63,248 nt of DNA, filler included, from Pelomyxa schiedti (GCA_020536535.1; 10 parts of 10 records of this genome joined end to end with filler, not necessarily neighbours in it), one strand, 5' to 3'. Positions 36,358-50,592 are shown, counted from the whole stretch's first letter. Notes: generated from the letters alone by a model not told the origin. Translations and numbers: made by a program.

Positions 36358-39300
36358 ATGGACCCCCCACAGGAACACGGCGGCATCGGGTACGAAGGAG
36401 GAGGAGGCGGCGGCGGCGGGGCGGCGGAGGTACCGGCGCCCGCGGTGGAGTACGACGCGTCGCCCCCGTCGTCGTGCGGGCCCACGCCCCCCCAGGACGA
36501 GCAGGAGCAGGAGGGCGGGTCGCCGTCGCCCCCCATGGTCCTCATGTCGTCGCCCCCTCAGCCGCTGCCCAAGCCGCAAGGGGGCGGGGGGGGCTCCGCC
36601 GCCACCCCCGCACCCACCACCACCAACACACAACAACAACAACAGCAGCAGGGCATGATGGCACTACAGCAGCAGCAGCAGCAGCAGCAGGCCCTGCAAC
36701 AGCAACAGCAACAACAGCAACAGCAGAGGATGATGCAACAACAGGCACAGCAGCAGAGGCAGTACCAGCAGGCACAAGCGCAACAGCAACAGAGACAGCA
36801 ACAGGCACATCATGGGCAGGTGCGTGTGTTGTGTGTGTTGTGTGTGAGTGCCAATTTTATGGCTTCTAAATGAAACTTCTGTGTTCAATTTAAATTATTT
36901 AAAAGCTGAAGTGTTTCGCTAGAAATTTATTTTTCCTTTTTTTATTAAACACCTATGTAGGTACCAATGCAGACACTGCCATCTATACAGCAGCTTACTG
37001 CGTCCCCACAACAACAACAACAACACGGTGTGACACCACACCACCCTGGGATTCCGGAAGGCATGTATGCAACGCAGCAGCAACAACAGGCCATGTACTC
37101 TCACCATCCCGCTTATATGGCCCAAGGCGCACCACAGCAGCAAGGCGCCTGGGTGATGACCGCCGACTTGGCCCACCAGCAGCAGTCACAGGCCACGGGG
37201 CTGCAGCAAGGCATGAAGCAGTACCAGGCCCCTGTTGTAATGATGCCCCAACAGCACCTTACACTACCCCCTGTGCAAATGCCGCAACAATACGTGACCA
37301 CTGGCCACCCACAGCAAACCCACCTACCTCAGCAGACTGCCGCTGCATTACTTCTTCAATTACAGTCCCAGCACACAATTCCACCTCATCACCCCGCACA
37401 CCCCCAACAGCGGGTCCAAATGCAGATGCAACCCCCAATGCAACAAATGCCTGCACAGATGATGCCCGTCCAACAACTCCCTATGCCTCTTCAACAGCAA
37501 ATTTCGCCTCACCACATGCAACAAATGACACAACAGACACAACCAGTTATGGTTTCACTTCCGCAAGAGTCACCTTCGTCCAAGATTGAAGAGATGCATA
37601 AGGTGGGTGAGGATGTAAACAATAAACTATCTCAAGTGCAACAAACACAGCCATCGATCCCCTCTCAGCCAGGCCAGAACAGGGGTGACAATGAAGATGG
37701 TGAAAACAGTGACAAGGTTCCTTCAGTTATCTGTCCTTTTATCTTACTTACATTTACTTTATCTTCAAAAGACTCCAGATATGAAAGGTTGAAAGAAGCA
37801 TTAAAATACTTAAGTAAGGACTGACACCTTTTACAGATGACCCATCAAAAGGAAAACCCCTGGAGGAAGTGGAATTGGTCCTTGATTGGAGAGAAATTCC
37901 AATACCGAAGAAAGCGGCAGCAGTCAAGACTGAAACAACTGGAGAAAGTACAGAGGGTGAGAATAAGCCTGCAATCCCAACAGATACCTCAGCCTCAACT
38001 ACATCCACGGCCACGGCCACAACTACGGATACAACCACAACTTTACCCGTTCCAACGACTACAACCACTGCAACTCCAACCGCTGCAGCAGCGTCTGAAG
38101 TTGTTGCTTCTGATTCTGCTACTGGTGATGGTGACAGTGATGAGGGTGTTATGGAAGAATTTTTGGTCAAGTGGAAAGCCCGAGCCTATGTTCACTGCAG
38201 CTGGGTAGATAAAGAGACTCTTTCAAATACTCTGGGAGGAAGTGTTGCTCTGAAGCGCTTTTGGAAAAGAGTCGGAGACTTGGTGGTCTGTGATAAATAC
38301 TTCACTGCTTTTCCCCCAGGTTTCAGGCACTCACTCCCTTTGTTCCAAACCTGATTTGAATAGAATACACTCGCGTCGATCGTATTATTGCTCGTCGAAT
38401 TGTTACATCAGCTTCCGGAGCAAGCCATCCAGAATTCTTGGTAAAATGGGTAGGCTTACCGTACACTGATGCTACCTGGGAATCTGATGTTCGGGATGAC
38501 GGGGCATTCGTTGCATTTCAACATCACCACATTCTCACTACTGAGGTGTTGAAGCAACCACTCCCAAGTAGGCTTCTACTTAAGCTTGACAATAGCCCTG
38601 TCTACAAAAATATGAATACCTTGACCTATCATCAGGTTTCTCTTCCCCGCAACAAGAGATTTTTAACTGTTCTCACAGGTTGATGGCCTCTGCTGGTTAA
38701 TTTTTTCATGGTGCCAGGTGGGTTTCTCCCATCCAAAAATACCTCAAATTAATGTTAAACAGGGGCGTGGGTCAGTTCTGGCTGATGATATGGGATTGGG
38801 GAAGAAAATTCAGACGATTGCCTTTTTTGAGCATATGCGAACAGTCCAACTTCTGCCAGGCCCATTTTTGATTGTAACCAGTGGCGTTGGCTCTGCTGGC
38901 AGTAACAGTGCTGCCAATTATAATACCCAAGTCCCCACTTCATCTTCACAATTCGGTTCCTCTTCTGGTATTAGTACTTCCACTGGCGTTTCTGGAGTTG
39001 GTGGAGCAAGTGATAATACCCGGATCAGCTCATGGCTTCGAGAGTTACGATACTGGACTGATATGAATACCATTCTATACGATGGAAATCCCGAAAATAG
39101 GCAGGTTTGTTATGTTTGGTGTTCTTTTTCATCATTAAGTTCTACCAGGCCGTTCGTCAATGGGAATGGTTTTATATTGATGATACGGGAACAGTTCTTA
39201 CGAAGCAGATTAAGTTCAATGTACTAGTAACAACATACGATGTCTTCTTTGCCGATTGGGAGGACCTGTCCAATATCAAATGGCAGGTGAGGTGTCAATG

Positions 39301-42300
39301 TGCCTCATTTCTGGAACCCTAACGTTATCTTGTAGGTTGTTGTATTTGATGAAGCACACAAGTAAAAACAGCTCCTAATAACAAACAAAACTTACACTAT
39401 TTCACAGGCTTAACTGGATGAGAGCAGACCAACTTCAAAAGGCTATAAAGATACCATGCTATCATCGATTAGTACTTACAAATGACCCAACCGGATTGCG
39501 GCTGATAAAGCATACATTCCCGCCTTGTATTGGAGTTCAACACACCCGAAACCCGCAAGCAAGCACCTCAGCTCCCCCCACTGTTGCCTCTGGTGCTGTT
39601 GGGATAGAATTGCCAAAGAAAGGCTCCGCTGCTTCTACTGCCTCAACGTTACTTAATGGTTCGGGTGCTGGACATCTCTACACACTACTGCAGGTTGCAG
39701 AGCCTAGTACTGCTATTGATAAGCGCCAGTTTGTTTCGCAATTCGGTGGAGCTTCAGTGTTGACTGCGCAGTTTCAACAAATTGTAGGTCCAATGGTGCT
39801 TAGAAGAGAGCTAACAGAAATCCCGCTCCTTCCCCTAAGTACTCCACCTGCAGGAGTGGTAAGTGAAGGTCAATCAACCTCGAGCCAGCCCCAGAGATAT
39901 GCCGCAACATTTACTCTCCGAGAAACCATAGTTGTTCTTCCCATGACCGCAGTACAGCGCAAGATGTACATGCGTAAAATTGAGCGGAATAGAGATAGCT
40001 TATCAAGAGGTTGCGCATCAACCACATGCACACAGCTCTTGCGTCTATGTGCCCAGCTGCGGTGCATTGCTTGTCACCCATTCCTTTATCGCAATGCCGA
40101 GAATAAGTTATGTGAGCCACCAGAATCTGAGGGCTCTTCAGGAGACACTGAACTAGAAGGAGAGAATCGGATGAAAGTACTTCTTGGATGTAGTAACAAA
40201 CTGGCCTTCCTGGACAAAGAACTATGTTTATTGCATGCTGGATTTGAAGCCTCACTGAAACCGGAAGCTACTCAAGCAGGTCTTTCCCTCCACCAAGAAG
40301 ACAATGACTAAAGTTTGGAACAGAGCGCATTGCACGGCGAAAAGTGATTATTCTTGTGAATAAAGCAGAAGGGGCGTATAAGTTGCTTGCAGGTATGAAT
40401 TTTACTCTTTATGCCATTCTCAAAGTTATAGGTTACCTTATGGAGAAGCAATATACATTTACTGTAGTGGATGGAAGCAGTGATGCGAATACTGAAGTGT
40501 CTTCACTTCACTCCTTTCTTTACACACCCACTCCCTGGGTCCTCTTACTCACTGTCCGTGCTTGCGACTTGGGCTGTGGAAACACTCCCGTTGCAGCCGC
40601 TATGACAGCACTCAAGATGCGAGGGGATGATAATAATCCTTACGAAGCTACACCGTCAGGCCCAACAGCAACCCAGAAGGCAAAGCGAACAGGTGTTGCA
40701 GCCTATGAGACAGTATGCTACGTTTTTGATAGTGACTGGGAGACTCCGTATCGAGACGCCCAGACTGTTGTTCAATATTTCGCAGCCTGTGGAGCTGCCC
40801 CACTGTCACTCTACCGAATTCTGAGTCGTGACTCTCTTGAGATGAATGGCATTGTACACGCCATATCAGCGGCCTGGGAAGAGCCCTCCAATCAAAGCAG
40901 TCATCATAGACATCGCCACACAAAAATAAAAGGGGGCCCACCTGCAATCAGTGATGACGTTGTGCGAAGTAAGACTCTGGCCTCGTTGGGAATTGCCATG
41001 ACCAAGTCTGAGCTGAGTGAATTATTGCGCTGTGGGGCTGCCGCTCTCTTTGCTGCCGAGCGTAAAAGTCACCACCCACCTAACTCTGATAGTGCTGCTG
41101 CCACCCCGTTGTCTGAGCCGCCTATGGCATGCTATTCAATTGTATGGGAACACCCTCATCGAGCCCGCGTCGCATTGGCACCAGGTCAGCAGCTTGATCC
41201 ATCACTTCTACACTACACTGTCTCGCCGCCAACGTCACCTTGTGCTCCTGATATCGAGTTCTGGTCACATGTTCTACCACCACCAATCACTTCCTCCACT
41301 CTATCAAATGACGTGAAACAGCTATTCACAGCAGCTGCAAGCCAAACCGTACCACAAGTTAGTACAATGGAGACAGGTTCATCGCAAGCTCCTACAAGTA
41401 TTTCTCCAGCATTACTGTTGCAGAAAAAGGAGGTAAAGAATATTCATCGTCACCACACCAAAAACTAACCTCTACCCCAGTTGATGGATAAAATGAGGCG
41501 AACAGTATACACAGCTGTGGAAGCATATAACCGCAATCCTTCCCGCCTGAATGTACGAGAACTTGAGGCACTTGGTGACTTGATGGTGACTTGTACTGAT
41601 TCCGCTGTATTTGATCTGAAAGAAAAAGAGTCGTTGCATCAATATCTCAACGACATTGGTTTCACCCATGGAAAGCGAGTATCGAAAGTGTCTTCCCCTC
41701 CGTCTCCGCAATCACCACAATCAGCGGCACCTCCTTCCCCTTCACATAATCAGTCGCAGCATTCGCAACAACAACAGCAACGAGACTGTGAGTTCATCCC
41801 TCACTTCAATGAAAGTTATATGGCTTTTGGCCGCCCATGCTGGCAAAGCATTAGAGACAGGATGGTCGGTCAAATAAGTCAAAGGAGAGCAGACAGGATA
41901 TCGCTACAGATGATGGCGGAGTGTGCCTGTGATGTTCTGGCCTGTTGTATACATAAATCAACCAATGATCAAGACAGAAGTGTATTTGAGCAAGCTCTGG
42001 CATCTTTGCGAGCCTCCAGGGAATACAGCGAGGCTTCAAGTTCACAGCAAGGTATCATTTCCTCAATTCATTTCACAACAATTAACAACAAAACAGCGAC
42101 CCGAACTACAAGGCTACTACAAAGGTGGAGAACAAGCAAAGCTGCCTGTGCTGCCTCCCTGGAACAACAAGTTGCAGAGAGAGCCCCAACGTGGGCATCC
42201 CAACTCCGGCAACTGCGCCGGCTGGCTGTTGTGTACACTACTATGGCTTCTACTCCACCTCCCTCAAGAGCAACCTTTTACCATCAACATGGAAGTGATA

Positions 42301-42525
42301 ATTGGATCTGGACACCGGAGCATGAAAGAGACCTTGTTGCGGGCATAATGAGGCATGGCTGGGGAGCCTATGAAAAGGTATCAATACCATTCCGCTTTTA
42401 TGCTTTTCTCAATAAACAAGGTACTGGAGGACCCAAGTTTGAGCTTTGCAAAGGATTCCCGCTTTACTCCCTCTGCTATTACTACAGGGGTGTTGACGGA
42501 AAAACTGAAGCAGCTTCTCCAATGA
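36358..42525 (+). CDS. CHD6-9-like chromatin protein: Gln-rich N-terminus, tandem chromodomains, degenerate SNF2 ATPase, SLIDE-like C-terminus
   Basis: EEFLVKWKARAYVHCSW, EFLVKWVGLPYTDATWE, LADDMGLGKKIQ, FNVLVTTYD, VVFDEAH, LRCIACHPFL, VFDSDW, WTPEHERDLVAGIMRHGWGAYEK-VLEDPSLSF. Confidence 0.85.
36631..36810 (+). repeat. CAG/CAA polyglutamine tract
   Basis: Runs of CAG/CAA encoding Q-rich segment. Confidence 0.85.
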
Positions 42526-42627
42526 ACAAGTTTTTTATAATTCCAAGTAAGAATAAATTCAAAAACAGAGGTTTTCAGCTTCTACTCTCGCTTCTCTGTT
42601 TTGTGTTTTAGAAATTACAAGTTTACA

Positions 42628-45600
42628 CTACAATTGGCACACCATACAAGCAGTCTTGAATGTCTGCTGTTTTAATAACCACTCATCTTTACATTGATTG
42701 ATAGCAGTAATCCATCTCTGGGTGTCTGCCTCTGTGTGTGCTGCAAGTGTTACCGCTGTTCCACCAATGGTCAGGGTGAAATCACAATCACAGGGTTCAT
42801 CTTCCTCTGTAAGTATTTATGTTATGAATGGAGCATTGAAAGGTATTAGTATTGTATGGGAATAGAATACCGGTTTTCTTGAACCACAACAGACTGCTTC
42901 TTCTTCTAGTCTTTTTAGTTTCCGTTTTGACTGAAGCGAAATTAGATGCGTACAAAAGTTTGGTATTATACCCGGAAGAGTTTGGGTAATGGTACTTTCA
43001 AGAGTATTTAGCTGCTTTTCAAATACATAGCCTTTTTTTGTTTCTGTTGTTTGTACAAGTGCATCATTGAAAAGGAAACAGTGGTAGTGCTTGATTGCTG
43101 CCCAAAGGCAATAAGAAAATAGTAGGAAGGTTGTGAGACGTGAGTACCTTTCCTATTTGTACAGTCGAAGAGTGGGCCTTCCATTACAAACCTTCTGGAG
43201 CCAATTAGGAGTGACTGGAAGGGAATTAGAATCGCGTTATAAAAAGAAAAACAAACTGGTGCTGGGTGTTTCTTAGATCCGCGAAGCTGGTTTTGTATAC
43301 TGTCCATTTTAGCTAAGTTCTCTGCTTCTCGCTTTGCAGTATTGATTTGTTCTGTAACACTGGCTATTTTTCCTAGGGCCTTCTCGATGAGGGGAAGGTC
43401 GGGATCGTCTTTCTCTGTGAATTTCACTAATTCCTTATTTGGTTAATGTACTGTCCAAAAAAGAGTGCAACAAGATACCTTTAATAGAAGTACATAGCGA
43501 GGAAGTCGTTGAACGGGCATGACGAGAAGTCCCAACAAGTCCAAAGAGTCGCAACTCTTTTCCTTCTTGCGGACTTCTAACCACTGTTTAAATTCCGGTT
43601 TCTCATCTGACAGTGTTCAAAGCTACAACTCGGAAGCGAATAAGTTTACCTGTCAGAGTGTGCAAGTGAGACATTCCCTTGGTAAAGTTATTGACATAAG
43701 CAATGTAATTCCGTAGGAAGGCTGCCTGGGAAACTGTTAGTTTTGAAAAAAAAGAAATGGGACTGGTATTATTTCTCCCCCGACTTTTTGTTTTTCGAGG
43801 TTACCAGCTTCTCAAAAGTTGCTCCAAGTTTCACATTTCCGCCAGGTGTATATAGCCGTAGATCCTTCATCAAAATGTCGTTATACCCTTGTATAATTTC
43901 GATATTACTACGATACGGTGAGATGTAGTTGTCGGTGTTTTTAATCGCACCTAAAAATCAGAAGGATATCCTTATCGGTAATAAACCGTGTCCCAGGGGA
44001 TTTTATCAATTGTCTGAGCGGTACCAGAAAGACCTTGCCAAACACTAGATTAGATGAATGTGAAAAGTGGGAGGAACATACCGAAATAATGACGTTCAAT
44101 TTTTCTACATAATATTCTTCAGTTGATATAATTTCTGCTATTACCATTGTGTGATGTTCTAAAAGAATTATTAAGAAGGATTCAAGTCTTTTGTCAGAAA
44201 TTTGCCTAGGCGTTGTTGTCGAAGAACTTCTGGATCTATATATTCCTCATCATCATCTTCACCAGTAGTGCTGGAAGGTTCCGCTGCAGCCGAACTTTCC
44301 ACCTTAGGTTTTGCTGAAGCATCTTCCATTTTCACTTCATTCTCAAGAGAGGTTGCTGTTGTAGTGGTTTCTGGTGGGGTGGCTGTTGGGACAAGTTGTT
44401 CAGAGGTTGCAGAAGAGTCCTGGGGGTGTTTCTTATGGTTTTTTCTTGAGACTTGATCTTGCTCGGTATCTGCTCTATATGAGGAAAAAACCGCCAATAT
44501 ATAGAGAGGGAGAACAAACTTAATTTTTCCATCTTGGGAGAGGTGGCCGAGTCAGGGATTTGTACCTTAGGAATTGGCGTTTGTTTGTGGCTGTGTGTGT
44601 GATCTGGATTTTGGTTGTTTTCCTGGGTGCTTGGTTGGAGGTTTGTCGCCACAGTAGAAGGTTGGGCAGGGCGGGAGTCAATGGAGACTCTTTCTTGCAC
44701 ACGGTTGGGTTCACTTTTCTTTTGAGAGGAATTGGGGATTGTTGACTTTTGGGAGGTTTTCGGTGCTTTGGGTTGATTTGTGTTATTTAGTGTCTTAGTA
44801 TCTGGTTTTGGTTGATTTGTCTGTCTGGAAAGACTGCTGGTGGGCTTTCTTGTTAGTGTCTTTTTAAAAGATGATTAGACTTTACTGGTATGTGTGAAAT
44901 ACATTTTGTTTGGAAAGGGATGCTTCTGCCTCTCTTTGTTTCCACACTGCAAAGATATTTTTGGGTTTTTCTTGTGATTGTTCAAGGCCATCAGGTTTCC
45001 TTGTATCCCGTAAGTAATAAGATTGTATGGCAGTACCTCTAAAGGTACGAGTTGTACATATTATCGTTTTTGGGTTCGGTTCTTGACTGTGGTTCATTGG
45101 AGCTCTGGAGTAGTTAATTTCACTGGTCATGAAGGGAGTAATACCTCTCCACTTGGACTCTCGATTGTGGTGGTCGTCGAGGTTATGCCAGTAGTCGTGC
45201 CAGTTGGTTGCACTACTGTGGAGGTAACTCCATGTGGGTCTTTCGCAGTTTCATGATGCTCTACACTTGTACTTGTAGTGTTTGTAAAAACATTAGCTGC
45301 AGGAGGTCTTGATGTGAGTGTAATTCTCCTCCCCAGTGCCCGGAGGGTCCCAGTGGCACTTGCAGGGGTTTTTTTGGGAGCTGCAGGTGTTTCTTGTGTA
45401 GTGTTGGGTGGTGGTACTTGTGAGGTTGGTGGTTTTCTTTGAGGTCTCGGTGCTGGTACTGGCACTGGTACATGCTGAGATGCTGCTGCGTGTACTTTCC
45501 AGAATTCCATCAACTGCTGAGTTCTTGTGTGCATACAAGCAGCCTCACTGCTGGAATATGAGACGAAAGTTCCTTCATTTTGTTAGAGTATTATTGCTAG

Positions 45601-47022
45601 GAGAGGTTTTTTGCTGTCATGTACCTCCTAGTTCAGGTGAGTCCTGGTTAAAAATAAGAAAAATTTAGTGAGAATGTGAGGGACCTGCATGGCCGCAGCT
45701 AAACTCGATGAAAATTTTGGTCCGCCACTTGTTTGGGTTGGTTTAATACTGCTTGCAGCAGAGGTGGCAGAGGGTGTTGTCGATGTTGATGTCGATGTCG
45801 ATGCTGATGCTGATGCTGATGTAGTTGTCGTGGTAGTGGTAGTAGTTGTTGTGGTGGTTGGAGTGGTTGTAGCAGTTACCTTAACAGGAAGGAAGGGTTT
45901 TGCAGGTATTCTTTTTGGTGAAGGAAGAGGTCTGGTTACAACACCATATGTTGGAAGGAGTGCAGGGGTTACTTTTTTAGGGGCTTCAGTCTTGGCAGCT
46001 GGCAGAAGTTGCACGGGAATGGTTGTGGGTTTTTGTTTTGGAGTGGAGGGTGCGGATCGGAGTTTAGGAGATTGAGAAGGTGGCACATGCGAAGGGCTGG
46101 TGGAGACAACTGGTATTAGGGGAGGAGTTTTATCATAGGCAAAATTTTGGGCTACAACATCAGCCCAGCTCTGTTTCCGGGGCCTATCTCTGGGCAACGG
46201 AACAACAAATGACGCAGCTTGTGGCTCAACAGAACTCTGCTGAGGTAAACCTGGACTGGAATTCGGTGGTGTGCGCGCAGGAATAGGTTCACTGCTGGTC
46301 AGTGCACCTTGCTGTTGCTTCTTCCTATTCTTCTTGGTTTTCCCCCGCTGTTCTTCAGCCACTGGAACAATTACTGCGTCATCTGTTGGAACCTTTGCAG
46401 CACAGGCTGCATCGGCGGATGTCCGCGCGGACTGTTCAGAACCAGAAGAAGCAACAGTGGCCGCGGGGATTACCGTTTTAGGTGTTGCGGTTCTTGACGG
46501 TGTGTTCGAATCAGCCAAACCCGGGTTCTTGTTCTTTCTTTTCTTCTTCTTGTTCCTCTTCTCCGTCGGCGCCTCCCCAACACCATTGTTTACACCAGCA
46601 GCAGCATCAACCACCGGCGCAGCAGCAGCCGTATCGACAGCGATGGCCGCCTCTCCCCTGGGCCCCCCTGCTGGGTCCAGACCCCCCACTCCCACTTTCT
46701 CCCCTGGGGTCTCGGCGGCCACCCCGCCGCAGCTGTGGCCATCAGTGGTGGACCCGCTGGCCTCGGTGCTGGCGCTGCCACCGCCACCGTCCTGCAGCAG
46801 CTGCGAGTGGCTGTGGTGATGCCCGTGGTGGTGCTCGTGCTCGTGGTCGTGGACATGGGGGAGCAGCAAGTGGCTGTGGCTGTGCCGGTGCTGTTTGATG
46901 GCCGTGGGCGCAGAGCCCGTGGGATCCGCGGGGCCCTCGGTCGCCTCGGCGCCGATGGAGCCGGGTACGCTGAGGCTGCTGGCGATGCTGCTGGTACTAC
47001 TGCTGCTGTTGCTGCCACCGGG
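42628..47022 (-). CDS. Dbl-family RhoGEF (DH-PH) with a long low-complexity N-terminus; 5' end missing
   Basis: DH: VIAEIISTEEYYVEKL, IF-SNIEII, LLVMPVQRLPRYVLLLK-ELVKFT..DPD; PH: FVMEGPL, TLAAHTEADTQRWITAIN. Linking the upstream exons (44171-47022) to this gene is inferred. Confidence 0.8.
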
Positions 47023-47265
47023 GGTGTTGGGGAGGCGCCGACGGAGAAGAGGAACAAGAAGAAGAAAAGAAAGAACAAGAACCCGGGTTTGGCTGATTCG
47101 AACACACCGTCAAGAACCGCAACACCTAAAACGGTAGTTCCCGTGGCCACTGTTGCTTCTTCTGGTTCTGAACAGTCCGCGCGGACATCCGCCGATGCAG
47201 CCTGTGCTGCAAAGGTTCCAACAGATGACGCAGTAATTGTTCCAGTGGCTGAAGAACAGCGGGGG
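46342..47265. repeat. Inverted repeat, 243-bp arms 46342..46584 and 47023..47265 (right arm ends at scaffold end)
   Basis: The same peptide GVGEAPTEKRNKKKK..VAEEQRG is read on both strands; about 3 mismatches. Confidence 0.95.
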
Positions 47266-47365
47266 NNNNNNNNNNNNNNNNNNNNNNNNNNNNNNNNNNN
47301 NNNNNNNNNTTAATTAATTAANNNNNNNNNNNNNNNNNNNNNNNNNNNNNNNNNNNNNNNNNNNN

Positions 47366-47667
47366 ATGGGAAGAGTATAGTGTCACAATTGAGTTCATCA
47401 CTGTTTGTTGTTTCGTTTTCCTCAGGTAACAAGCTGTACGACATCTGGGATTGCAACGATTTGACCAAGCCTCTTGTCAGTGTTCCTGCAACTCAATCGC
47501 AATCCAGGAATCAGTGCGTTAACGCTGAAGCAGAGGCTGGCATGTTGTTCGCACCTGAGGGCAATGAATTTAGAGTGCTAGAACCCCTCACAGGGTTCAC
47601 TGTGCTGAGTGTCACTCTCCCTTTTTGGATCTCTTGTATTGGTCGCCCCTTCTGTTGGTTTCCCTGA
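47366..47667 (+). CDS. C-terminus of a superfamily member (subfamily C), 5'-partial
   Basis: VSQLSSSLF..DIWDCND..AEAEAGMLF..VLEPLTGF; near-identical to 50291..50490. Confidence 0.75.
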
Positions 47668-47838
47668 TGTCTTTTAAATATCACACATGTTTTGTTTTCG
47701 TTCGAAATTCATTAATGCAGAACTGTGGAACCGTCTCTTGTCACCCGTCACCCAGAGGTGTTCATCATCATGTCCGTCGAAAAGGCGGCTGATTATTTAC
47801 GTACACACACGGATCAGTGCTCGATTTACAGTAAAACG

Positions 47839-49092
47839 ATGGCAGCACTGAAAGGACCAACACCGTGGGCTCATGGGGCACTCCGAGCCATCGACCAATT
47901 TATTGCCCTGTGCCTTGTTTCTCACCCAAGGTGCGGTTGGTATCGGCCCTCCTCCTCGTCATCGTCCCATAATCAGATCACATCGCCATCGTGGGAGGCA
48001 ATGGGGGCCAAATGCGGTGAGGTTGGTGTGGGAACTGGTCAGAGACACACGTCGACTCTTTGCCGTCGGGCCTTCTTGCTTGAGCTGTTCCATGTACTGG
48101 CTTATCAAGTTCGAGGTGTCGCCACTTGTTCTGGGGATCCTTGGTGTTGCTGGTCACCCTGCTGCGATCGCAACTGATGAGATGAGAGCCAAGTTCCGTC
48201 TCATCCCAGTGGAGTTGGAGTGGGGGACAACACCAGGCGCCTGGTGCCGCCTTGCGCGCTGTATGACGTGGTCACCGGCGAAGAGGTGTCACTGTATCCG
48301 AGGGCACTGCCATCAGGAGGAGGCCATCCTCGACACGCTGTGAACCACGTGTGGTTTGTGGCAAGTTGGTTTGAAAGCGATCCGGAGGGGAGACACATGC
48401 TGGGGATGTCAATTGGAAGGCTCCTGGACAAGGACCCTGGAGCCATGTATGTTGTTGTCAGGCTTGGTTACCCGGCCGCGACTTGCTGGGTAGAGAGGGT
48501 TTTGTTCAACAAGTCGGCAGTGAATGAGGTTGTTGCTGTGGTGAGTAATCGGAAGGCACATGATAAACATGTGTTTGTGGTGATTGATGTTGAGAAGTCA
48601 TTCAGTTCCCAGTCGTTGTGTGTGCTGAGTGAAACAAGTGTTGAGTTGCAGACAGGATGGACCCTCTGGGCGTTTACAATTTCTTTGATGTACAGAGCAG
48701 GTTGCAGGTGTTTCATTGGCATAGGCCACTCGCCAGCTCGCCATGCCCACTGCATCCAGTTTACAGAGAATAACCCCCAGGTGGTTGTACTGCCACAAAC
48801 GACTGATGTGTATAGAGTGGCGCGACTGAGTTCACATCTGTTTGCTGTTTATATGAGTCTTGGAAGCGGGGGTGCATGTGACATCTGGGACTGCAACAAG
48901 TTGACAGGGCCACTCGTGCGAGTTACAAGTGACATCAGAGGCCCCGCTGAGGCAGAGGCAGGGCTTGTGTTTTCCATTGAGGGGAATCAATTGATAGTGA
49001 TGGAACCACTCACAAGGTTCATTGCTCTCAATGTCACTCTCCCTTTAAGGGATCAGAAGTACGAACTTGGCTCTCCCTTCTGTTTTCATTGA
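47839..49092 (+). pseudogene. Subfamily C member with two frameshifts at G5 runs (~48003 and ~48222)
   Basis: AIDQFIALCLVSHPRCG (frame 1), RLVWELVRDTRR..FEVSPLVLGI (frame 2), remainder back in frame 1. Confidence 0.75.
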
Positions 49093-49213
49093 TAAAATAA
49101 ATTAAAATCCTCTTTCATGTTGCCCACTGGGCATTCCTTGACCACATCAAGGATTTGCATCATGATTTGATGTTTGATGTTGCGAAAAAATCCCCATCAA
49201 ACAAACGGCTCCG

Positions 49214-50492
49214 ATGGCGGCGTACGCACCTGCACCTCCGCCGCGGGCTTATGGGACACTTCGCGCCATTGACCAATTCGTCGCCTTGTGCAATGTTGCA
49301 CACCCAAGGTGCGGTTGGTATCGGTCGTCGTCGTCGCCCTCGCCCTCAGCACCACCACAACAGCCAGATCCATCGATGTCATCGAAGACAACGTTGAATC
49401 AAATGTCGGCAGATGCCACGCCCATGGGCCTTCAGAGCAATGGCACGGGCCCTGCTTCTTCTTCCTCTCGTTTGCCCAACGAATGTTGTTGTGTAATCAC
49501 CCCCAGGATTGTGTGGGACATGGTCATGGACACTCGGCGCAGGTTTGTGGTTGCTGCACAAATTGCTGACCCAAGGGGGTCCGAAAAAACCAGCCACTGG
49601 ATTGTGTCGTTTGGTGTGTCACCACTTGTCCTCGGAATCACTGATGCTCCAACGGTCATGCCCGATCCGCTTGGCTATGATGCGTCAATCAATTTCCAGT
49701 GGGTGGGCAGCACGAAGCGCCTCGAGCGAAATTACAGGCTGCATGACTTGGCCACTGGCGAATATGTGCCAGTGGTGCTTCAGGATCGACTTGACGGAAA
49801 CTCTCCACGGTGTGCTGTGAATCACAAGTGGTTTGCTGCCAGTAATTACTCAAGAGCTGAAGGAGGTGTTTTGGAGATCCTGATTTCGAAAGTTGGAGAC
49901 CCACGGCCAGCTGACACTTGTGTTGGTGTGAAGCTCACCCACTCTTCTCAAGACTACAATTTCAGGGTGCTTTTTTTCAACAAGTCATCACCAAACGAGC
50001 TGGTTGTGGTGCTACACAAGCGGATTGCACAGAAAAATTCTGCATTTTTGGTGATTGATGCTGAAATGACATTCAGTTCCAAGTCATTGTATGTGTTGAG
50101 TGAAATGGCCCCAGTGGTTGTTGAATCCTCGTCCTACCTCACGATGAACACCATTGTTGTGACCAAGAGAGACGGCTCCAGGAGCTTCGTTGAGAAAGAT
50201 GTGATGTCACACTTCCGATATCATTGCATTGAGTTTCCAGAGAACTGCTCCACAGCAGTCGCCCTCCCACAAACAGAGGATGTTACAAAAGTATCACAGT
50301 TGAGTTCATCACTCTTCGCTGTTTCATTTTCCTCGGGCAACAAGCTGTGTGACATCTGGGATTGCAACGATTCGACCAAGCCTCTTGTCAGTGTTCCTGC
50401 AACTCAATCGCAATCCAGGAATCAGTGCGTTAACGCTGAAGCAGAGGCTGGCATGTTGTTTTCCCTTGAGGGCAATGAATTGAGAGTGATTG
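49214..50492 (+). CDS. Superfamily member (subfamily C), intronless, 3'-partial
   Basis: AIDQFVALCNVAHPRCG, IVWDMV, FGVSPLVLG, VNHKW, DIWDCN. Confidence 0.85.
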
Positions 50493-50592
50493 NNNNNNNN
50501 NNNNNNNNNNNNNNNNNNNNNNNNNNNNNNNNNNNNTTAATTAATTAANNNNNNNNNNNNNNNNNNNNNNNNNNNNNNNNNNNNNNNNNNNN

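Noticed and set aside
46735-47265. Plus-strand 192-aa ORF as a separate gene
   Set aside because: Composed of antisense spacer plus the inverted arm of the RhoGEF gene
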